From Chlamydiae bacterium RIFCSPHIGHO2_12_FULL_49_11 (GTDB lineage: Bacteria > Chlamydiota > Chlamydiia > Chlamydiales > 2-12-FULL-49-11), in NCBI GenBank assembly GCA_001794905.1, contig MGLW01000064.1, forward strand, positions 1 through 11,851: a stretch of DNA of 11,851 nucleotides, given 5' to 3'. The position numbers were made by a program, and so were the translations under genes. The notes beneath the pieces were generated by a model. That model was not told the DNA's origin and searched no databases. It saw only the letters and a program-made list of their open reading frames with translations. Positions 1-6,057 of the stretch are shown one piece after another (the first letter of the stretch is position 1; every line of letters begins with the position of its first letter).

Positions 1-158
1 TGCGTGCCTGAAATTTTGCCGGTGAACGGAGAGAGCGAAGACGAGACGGGCACGGAAGCTTTCACGATTTTCGGCGGCAATTTGACTTTCGGTGCCTCTT
101 CACTAAAGGCCAAACTCAGCGCAAAGAGTGAGATAAAGAGGGAAAAAGTGGGTTTCAT
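1..158 (-). CDS. 5' part of a secreted protein, Chlamydia CT017/Ctad1-like (SH3-domain) candidate; runs off the window start
   Basis: Not in the ORF track. Manual translation from ATG at 158: MKPTFSLFISLFALSLAFSEEAPKVKLPPKIVKASVPVSSSLSPFTGKISGT..., open to the window edge. SD AGGAG just upstream, signal-peptide-like N-terminus, and FTGxI motif recalled from chlamydial CT017 homologues. Lies downstream of the CT016-like gene. Confidence 0.7.
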   Translation of the reverse strand, partial: MKPTFSLFISLFALSLAFSEEAPKVKLPPKIVKASVPVSSSLSPFTGKISGT

Positions 159-183
159 AATTTCTCCTAACAAGACAAATTTC

Positions 184-212
184 AGTTTAGAATCTTGGGA
201 GATTTATGACAA
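184..212 (-). promoter_or_regulatory. Putative sigma70/sigma66 promoter of the CT017-like gene
   Basis: Minus strand TTGTCA (212-207), 17-nt spacer, TAAACT (189-184), about 25 nt upstream of the ATG at 158. Confidence 0.5.
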
Positions 213-221
213 TAGGTTTTG

Positions 222-908
222 TCAAGAAGACAGAACACATTTGATGTGTTCACAATTGCTCTTTCCGCAAGTGCATCCAATCGGGTTTCCCAGGAATACC
301 TGGTAGGTTTCTTTCGGATCGAGAGGACTCGTCAATTGATATAATTTATCGTCGATTTGACGGATTTCCCAATCTTTGAAAGAGAGCTCCTCATCGGATA
401 CTTTTTCTTCGAGTTCAGGCACCCCTCCGGGGGGCGGCGTTCCATGAACGGCACGGGCAATTTGACAATAAGGACAATTGCAATGCGGTTCGGCTTTGGG
501 GAGCATGTCTTCGAGTTTATCCACGCCAAGAGACCGGATGACTGTTTTTACTTTATCGATCACGGGAGGGGGGATTTCAGGGGCATCTTTGAGAGAAGGG
601 TCATGCTGCATCGATCCCGAAAGCATCTCTATCCCTTCTTTTCCGAGATTCAACGGATTCATTCCGATTTGAAAACCCATTTGCCTGGAGAGGGCTGGGC
701 CCGCGGGAGCGGTAGCATGTTCCAAAAAGTCGGTATGGGCCTGGAAGATGTCCTCCAAAATAGAGCCGGGAAGGTTGGGAACGACGACGGCGTTATTGTC
801 GGTCAGGCGGACAATGAGGTCGCTTCCGTTCATGGTCAGCGTCCGGACGTTTTCCCAGTTGGTTGATATGTAAGGAGGAATGCTTAACATTCTGGAATTG
901 ATTTTCAT
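222..908 (-). CDS. Conserved chlamydial hypothetical protein (CT016-like) with a C-terminal SWIM-like Zn finger
   Basis: 228-aa ORF. Motifs IPPYIS, PKAEPHCNCPYCQIAR, VSDEELSFKDW and PIGCTCGKSNCEH match my recollection of C. trachomatis CT016. Divergent from phoH, as recalled for CT015/CT016. Confidence 0.85.
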   Translation of the reverse strand: MKINSRMLSIPPYISTNWENVRTLTMNGSDLIVRLTDNNAVVVPNLPGSILEDIFQAHTDFLEHATAPAGPALSRQMGFQIGMNPLNLGKEGIEMLSGSMQHDPSLKDAPEIPPPVIDKVKTVIRSLGVDKLEDMLPKAEPHCNCPYCQIARAVHGTPPPGGVPELEEKVSDEELSFKDWEIRQIDDKLYQLTSPLDPKETYQVFLGNPIGCTCGKSNCEHIKCVLSS

Positions 909-932
909 CGTAAACCTACTTTTTCAGCTTTT

Positions 933-962
933 ATTGTAACTTAAAATCAAAATTGATGTCAA
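933..962 (-). promoter_or_regulatory. Putative sigma70/sigma66 promoter of the CT016-like gene
   Basis: Minus strand TTGACA (962-957), 18-nt spacer, TACAAT (938-933); near consensus. Confidence 0.65.
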
Positions 963-967
963 ACGTT

Positions 968-994
968 TTAGCACTCAAAATTTCCGAGTGCTGA
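968..994. promoter_or_regulatory. CIRCE element (HrcA heat-shock repressor operator)
   Basis: TTAGCACTC-aaaatttcc-GAGTGCTGA: 17/18 match to the consensus TTAGCACTC-N9-GAGTGCTAA with the exact 9-nt spacer, in an intergenic region. Confidence 0.92.
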
Positions 995-1154
995 AAGTAA
1001 TCGTAACTTATTGATTGTCAATATATGAAAAAAAAGGTTGTCGATTTCTATCCCTTTTCAGCATAAAGGTGATTGAAGTAAGGTGTCCTATTTGACCCAA
1101 AGTCAACCGAATCTTAAAATTCATTCCAACCATAACCGTCACGGAGAGCCATGC

Positions 1155-2462
1155 ATGCAAAAGCAGTATTGCATCATCGATGCCAGTGTATTAATCCATG
1201 ATCCCGAATCGCTGTACGCTCTGAAGAACAAGCACATTGTTGTTCCGAGCGCGGTGCTCGAGGAGCTTGATCGGAAAAAGCGGTATAACGATGAGGTGGG
1301 CCGGAATGCCCGGCAAGTGATGCGGATGATTGACGAGCTTTCCCGGGAAGGGACGATCCGGGAGCGGGTCGATTTGAAAAACGGCTCGACCTTGCAAGTA
1401 CTTCTGGAAGAAGATGTCCGTTTCAAAAAGCAGCCGAGCTCATTTTATTCTCCCGACAGGCTCCGTTTCAAGATCTTGCTCGCAGCCATGAAATTCAAGG
1501 AAGAGGGGCTTGACGTGATCATTCTTTCCAAAGATCCCGTTACGAAAATCATGGCCGAAACTGTGGGTGTGAGAGCTGAAGGGTACAGCTCGGGAAAAGA
1601 AGACTACGATAGGATTTACAAGGGCATCTTCCATCAGGATATATCCCAGCAGCAGATGAATGTACTTCTCTCCGACGGAAAGTTGAAATTCACGGGAGCG
1701 GAAGAGCCTCATCCGAACAGTTTTTTCATATTGCAGGACGGGAAAAAAACGGCGGCATGCCGGTTTGATCATAAAAGCGGATCGCTTGTTCCGATCAAAG
1801 AGGTGTCGAATATCTGGGGAATCAAGCCACGTAACGTCGAGCAGAGATGCGCCCTTGACTTGTTGCTCCGGCCTGAAGTGAAGCTCATTTCTTTTGTCGG
1901 CCCCGCCGGAACGGGAAAAACCCTCCTCGCGCTGGCGGCCGGCCTGAAGCAGGTTTTTGATGACGGTCTGTATCAGCGCATCATTGTGGCCCGCTCGATC
2001 ATTCCTCTCGGAAAAGACATCGGTTTTTTACCGGGCACGAAAGAGGACAAGTTGCAAGCGTGGCTCGCGCCTTTTTTTGACAACCTCGATTTTATTTGCA
2101 ATGTAGGAAAGGAAGAGCTCGGAAAAGAGACCAAAAAATGGATCGTCGAAAGCGAAAAATTCCAGCTGGAAGCGATTACCTACATGCGCGGCCGTTCGTT
2201 TAGCGATACGTTTGTGATCATTGACGAAGCGCAAAACCTCACGCCGCACGAATTGAAAACGATCATTTCGCGCGTCGGCGAAAATACCAAAATCGTGATT
2301 CTTGGGGATCCAACCCAGATCGACAATCCGTATCTAGATCAAGACTCGAACGGTCTTGTCTATCTCGTGGGACGCATGAAGCACTTTGATTTATTTGGAA
2401 GTGTCTTTTTTGAAACCACAGAGCGCTCCAGACTTGCCCGTCTTGCGGCCGAGGCTCTCTAA
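1155..2462 (+). CDS. phoH: PIN-PhoH fusion protein (PhoH2/YlaK-like ATPase/RNA helicase)
   Basis: N-terminal PIN motifs (IIDASV, VLEELD, SKD), PRNVEQ, Walker A GPAGTGKT, IGFLPG, RGRSF, Walker B IIDEAQN, C-terminal ERSRLA. Start moved from 1083 to ATG 1155, which has SD GGAGAG at 1143-1148; 435 aa. Confidence 0.93.
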   Translation: MQKQYCIIDASVLIHDPESLYALKNKHIVVPSAVLEELDRKKRYNDEVGRNARQVMRMIDELSREGTIRERVDLKNGSTLQVLLEEDVRFKKQPSSFYSPDRLRFKILLAAMKFKEEGLDVIILSKDPVTKIMAETVGVRAEGYSSGKEDYDRIYKGIFHQDISQQQMNVLLSDGKLKFTGAEEPHPNSFFILQDGKKTAACRFDHKSGSLVPIKEVSNIWGIKPRNVEQRCALDLLLRPEVKLISFVGPAGTGKTLLALAAGLKQVFDDGLYQRIIVARSIIPLGKDIGFLPGTKEDKLQAWLAPFFDNLDFICNVGKEELGKETKKWIVESEKFQLEAITYMRGRSFSDTFVIIDEAQNLTPHELKTIISRVGENTKIVILGDPTQIDNPYLDQDSNGLVYLVGRMKHFDLFGSVFFETTERSRLARLAAEAL

Positions 2463-2469
2463 TACGATG

Positions 2470-3342
2470 TTATTTTTGAAGAGATGACAGAACCCTGATT
2501 TCAGGGTGGTACTCTAGAGAACGCGGAAGAAAAATCCCGGGATTTTCTCGGACATCCAATATTCTGAGGTTTTCAAACTTTTCCCCCACACACCATGGCA
2601 ATTCTTTCAATTGGCAGTCACTTAAATATAATTGGCGAAGATTGTTAAGGTCTAGCAAGGCATAGGGAAGTTCATACAAAGGATTATGATCCAATGACAA
2701 GATAGTCAATGAAGAGGGGAGGTCGCGGAGGTATGAACTTGCGAAGGAGTAGTCTAATTGCATTCGGGATAAGTGAATGGCAGTCAATTTCCGGAGGGGA
2801 GAAAGGCTGGGAATCTCAAGACGTACATTGCCGGAAAGATTGAGAGAAGTTATGTGACTCAGTTTTCGTAAAACTTTCGGGGGAAGCTCTGCGATGTTGA
2901 GGTCGGCAAGGTCAAGGTTCTGCTCTTTGTTGCGATAGCATGCCTTCATTCTCAGGGCAGCAGTTTGATATTGCGGCATTCTTCCGGCTGCCCATCGGTC
3001 AACGGCGATTTCGAAACCGGGGTAGGCAAAAACGAGGCCGAGGAAGAAGAGGGCGATCCCTTGGAGTGTTGCTAAGGCTAAATGAGCACTGTAGCGTAAG
3101 TAATAGCCGGAATGATACCCGGCTACGCGGTTTTGGGAAAAAAGGGACCAGACTCCTAAAGAACAACCTTTGATTCCGCAACCGATTGCATGGATGAAAG
3201 ACAAGCCGACTATTTTTGCCGCCGAAGCCGCTTTGAGAAGCCGGGAATCACTGTTGATACAGGTGTTATAATGGTGATAAATGTCTATGAAAGGGTAATT
3301 TGTGCACTGGCCAAATGTTTCTGCACCAAAATGTCGAATCAA
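2470..3342 (-). CDS. Leucine-rich repeat protein with N-terminal hydrophobic segments
   Basis: About 6 LxxLxLxxN-type repeats (ITSLNLSGN, LTILSLDHN, LRQLYLSDC, LRILDVREN). TTG start preceded by a perfect SD AGGAGG. Confidence 0.85.
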   Translation of the reverse strand: MIRHFGAETFGQCTNYPFIDIYHHYNTCINSDSRLLKAASAAKIVGLSFIHAIGCGIKGCSLGVWSLFSQNRVAGYHSGYYLRYSAHLALATLQGIALFFLGLVFAYPGFEIAVDRWAAGRMPQYQTAALRMKACYRNKEQNLDLADLNIAELPPKVLRKLSHITSLNLSGNVRLEIPSLSPLRKLTAIHLSRMQLDYSFASSYLRDLPSSLTILSLDHNPLYELPYALLDLNNLRQLYLSDCQLKELPWCVGEKFENLRILDVRENPGIFLPRSLEYHPEIRVLSSLQK

Positions 3343-3396
3343 AGGGTACCTCCTAAAGGAATAGGTTAATTTTCGTTTAAAGGGTAATAAAAGTTA

Positions 3397-3425
3397 TTGA
3401 AAAACTTTTAGTTTGTCGTTAAAAT
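3397..3425 (+). promoter_or_regulatory. Putative sigma70/sigma66 promoter of the 3451..4224 gene
   Basis: TTGAAA (3397-3402), 17-nt spacer, TAAAAT (3420-3425). It overlaps the ORF-track ATG at 3424, arguing for a later start. Confidence 0.55.
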
Positions 3426-3450
3426 GAATCTTCATAAAGTTGGGATGGTT

Positions 3451-4224
3451 ATGAAAGTTTTTATTTACCTATTGATGACGACATTGATGCATGCCGGGGT
3501 GGTTCCGGTAGCATGGCAATATTGGCTGGAAGACGATCAAACGGTGTGGAAGGCACATGGTGATTCTTTGCCAGTACAGTTTGCCACGGAGTGGGAAACA
3601 CTCGATCCGGAAAAGATTTCCCTCCGGAGAAGTTCCGACGACCGCGCTGAGATTCACGTCGAAGGAAAGGAAGGATGCGTTCCGGTACGCCTTTTCGGGA
3701 AACGGATCGAAATTGTAGAGAAGGAAGTAATCTTTGACGGAACGGTGCCCCTATTTTCTCCCGAAACGGAAGACGAAAATTGCGACCGGTTTGAAAGAGT
3801 TGATATGAAGCTCCATTGCTTTTTCGATCCGGAGGGAACTTTTTACGTTTTCGGAACAGGGAAGGGGGCCGAGGGTGTTCCCAAATTTTTCAGGAAAACG
3901 AGCAATCGGGAAGAGCTCCGTGTTATCACAAGAGGTGAAGTATCGACGCTCAGTCCGACAGGAGCTGATGAGGTCGGTCAAAAAAGAGTGCGGGTGAAAT
4001 GGCTTTCCGACAGGACGATCGAGTGCGCTCCCTTTTTCCGCGCTATGCTTAGAGATGAGAACGCCGATGTTGTGAAAGGATGGGGCGAAGATGAGCTGCT
4101 CGCCTTCTTTGAAAAATCGGTCAAGGATGCATTTCTTCTCTTGAATCCAAAGCGTGGGGAAGGAATTGTTCTCGGCGATGAGTTCCAGAAATGCGAGCGA
4201 TTGTCTGACGAAGATGTGCGCTAA
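3451..4224 (+). CDS. Hypothetical exported protein
   Basis: Long ORF filling the gap between neighbours. N-terminus MKVFIYLLMTTLMHAG resembles a short signal peptide. Start uncertain (3424/3445/3451). No family recognised. Confidence 0.7.
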   Translation: MKVFIYLLMTTLMHAGVVPVAWQYWLEDDQTVWKAHGDSLPVQFATEWETLDPEKISLRRSSDDRAEIHVEGKEGCVPVRLFGKRIEIVEKEVIFDGTVPLFSPETEDENCDRFERVDMKLHCFFDPEGTFYVFGTGKGAEGVPKFFRKTSNREELRVITRGEVSTLSPTGADEVGQKRVRVKWLSDRTIECAPFFRAMLRDENADVVKGWGEDELLAFFEKSVKDAFLLLNPKRGEGIVLGDEFQKCERLSDEDVR

Positions 4225-4286
4225 GCGCGAGCGGCCGTTTGTCGAGAATGTACGTTAAAGCGGCTACTTGCCGAAGATGTGCGCTA
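4209..4286 (+). repeat. 15-bp direct repeat with a degenerate middle copy at a convergent gene junction
   Basis: CGAAGATGTGCGCTA at 4209-4223 and 4272-4286; CGAGAATGTACGTTA (11/15 identical) at 4243-4257. Confidence 0.7.
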
Positions 4287-6057
4287 GGGGTTTTCCGAAT
4301 TCGGTTTCGATGGTCGTGAGGTTGGGTTCGAGGCGAGATCCGTTTGCGTCTTCCAGACTGAAGATGGTAAGATTGCTTGATGACGCGATGTCGTAAGGGT
4401 TCGCAAACCGGAAGGTGCATTTTTTCAATCCGTTATGAATGTAAAATTCGGTTGGGTTCAGTCCCCCGTTGTAGCGGGCTGAGACGGCAAAACCGGGGTG
4501 CAGGGGGCTGAGGAGCGAGTATCCGTGCGAATTGTAGCGCGTCTCCCGGAAGATAAAGTCGAAAAGGGTTGGAAAAATATCGAGGTGGGACGCAATGTCC
4601 ACCGTAGGTAAAGGGACATGGGACCCGAAACGGAAGTAGAGGGGAACATGAGTCTGCTCGTCGCTGAGGTTGGAAGCGTGGAAGATTTGTCCGTGTTCTT
4701 TAAATTCTTCTCCATGATCGCCTGTGATGACAATCACGGCGTTCGGATCGTCGAGGTTCTTTAGGAACTTGCCGAAAAGACGGTCGACGTTCCAGATGGC
4801 ATTCTTGTACCTGTTTCGAATTTGATCCAGCTCATGCGTATCATAGACTCCTTTGACGTAGTTGATGACCGGTGTAAAGGGGGTAAAGCGGCTCTTTTTT
4901 TCGGGCCAGCTATAGTCAAAGTGGGTCGAATCGATAAAAGTGATGTGGAGGCGTGGCTTTTCGTCGGGAGACCTTGCGCATTGGATCAGGGTTTCTATGG
5001 CTGCTCTGTCGCTTTCCCAAGCCTTGATGTCGGCGTAATGAGGAAAGAAATATTTTTCGTCCAAAAGGCAAAAGCCGGGTCCGAAGATTTTTGTTCCCAT
5101 ATCATAAAAATCGAGTTCGGGGGTGACGTAAGCGCAAATGGTATAGCCCGCCTGTTTCAGGGCGGCAATGTGAGGGCTTCCTTGCAATTTATGCGAGGCA
5201 TTCCAGAGGAATCCGTAGGCGGAATAAAAGATCGTAAACCACGAATTGTGCGTGCAATTGCTTCCCGAGAAGGCTTTGGAAAAGCAGGTATTGGCCTGCT
5301 TGAAAGCAAAGATGTGGGGCGCAATTTCAGGTGTGATGTAGTCTTCACGTAAGCTTTCGATAATAAAGAGATAGATCGAAGGCAGAGATGAAGCATCTTT
5401 TGCGATGAGCACCGGTTCCCTGAGTGTCGGAAAAGAGGGGATGGGGATGACTTTTTCCTTCGGAACGAAAAAGGTGGTTTTGAAAGGGAGTATTTTTGCC
5501 GCACGGTCGTAAGTTTCAAGCCTATCCTTGGGAATGAAGAGAAGGTCGTTCATGAAAAGGAGGCTCAAGGCGCAAGACACCGAATACAAGTGGGGAAATT
5601 TGGACGGCGTGGGAATTTTTTTACACAGGTAATATAAAACGGGACCTAGAGCGGAAGTCAGCAGGATGGCGAGAAAGATAAGTGCCCATACCTTGAAAGT
5701 CACATTGCTTGCACGGAGCACCTCGATGAAGTTTTTCAGATTTTCCGAAAGCATGATGAAAGAGAGTTTCCACACGTGGGCGCCGATGAAATGGAGAGTA
5801 AAGTAATCGATGATCTGTCCCAAACAGAGCCAGAAGGTAAGAAAAAGAAATCCGACAAGAGGGACCCCTTTGAGAAATTGTGCGATGTATGCGATCAGCC
5901 ACAGTTCAAGGAATAGTTGCAAAAGCGCATCGAAGGAAAAGAGGCACCTCGCGAAAACCGTGAGTTCCGTTTCATGAAATAGGGTCAAGATATGCGTGAA
6001 GGCAAGAAAGATAAAAAGAAGCAGGAGGTAAGGAAAATTAAAACGGGATCGCATCAT
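4264..6057 (-). CDS. Membrane-anchored sulfatase-fold hydrolase/transferase (YejM/PbgA- or LtaS-like, alkaline phosphatase superfamily)
   Basis: About 5 N-terminal TM helices; motifs IIESLR, SGSNCT, DSTHFDY, ITGDHGEEF, QTHVPL, SHLDIFPTL. Start overlaps the cyclase stop (ATGA at 6057-6054). Confidence 0.85.
   Translation of the reverse strand: MMRSRFNFPYLLLLFIFLAFTHILTLFHETELTVFARCLFSFDALLQLFLELWLIAYIAQFLKGVPLVGFLFLTFWLCLGQIIDYFTLHFIGAHVWKLSFIMLSENLKNFIEVLRASNVTFKVWALIFLAILLTSALGPVLYYLCKKIPTPSKFPHLYSVSCALSLLFMNDLLFIPKDRLETYDRAAKILPFKTTFFVPKEKVIPIPSFPTLREPVLIAKDASSLPSIYLFIIESLREDYITPEIAPHIFAFKQANTCFSKAFSGSNCTHNSWFTIFYSAYGFLWNASHKLQGSPHIAALKQAGYTICAYVTPELDFYDMGTKIFGPGFCLLDEKYFFPHYADIKAWESDRAAIETLIQCARSPDEKPRLHITFIDSTHFDYSWPEKKSRFTPFTPVINYVKGVYDTHELDQIRNRYKNAIWNVDRLFGKFLKNLDDPNAVIVITGDHGEEFKEHGQIFHASNLSDEQTHVPLYFRFGSHVPLPTVDIASHLDIFPTLFDFIFRETRYNSHGYSLLSPLHPGFAVSARYNGGLNPTEFYIHNGLKKCTFRFANPYDIASSSNLTIFSLEDANGSRLEPNLTTIETEFGKPLAHIFGK

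Noticed and set aside
4-306. 100-aa plus-strand ORF
   Set aside because: Overlaps two better-supported minus-strand genes (1..158 and 222..908).
1083-1154. N-terminal extension of phoH from the GTG at 1083
   Set aside because: PIN homology begins at MQKQYCIID, and ATG 1155 has a well-spaced SD.
2463-2469. Terminator between convergent phoH and LRR genes (likewise 10899-10901 between MFS and dodecin)
   Set aside because: Gaps of 7 and 3 nt with no convincing hairpin plus U-tract.
4209-4286. Possible mini-CRISPR array
   Set aside because: Repeats are only 15 bp, spacers are 14-19 nt, the copies overlap coding ends, and there are no cas genes.
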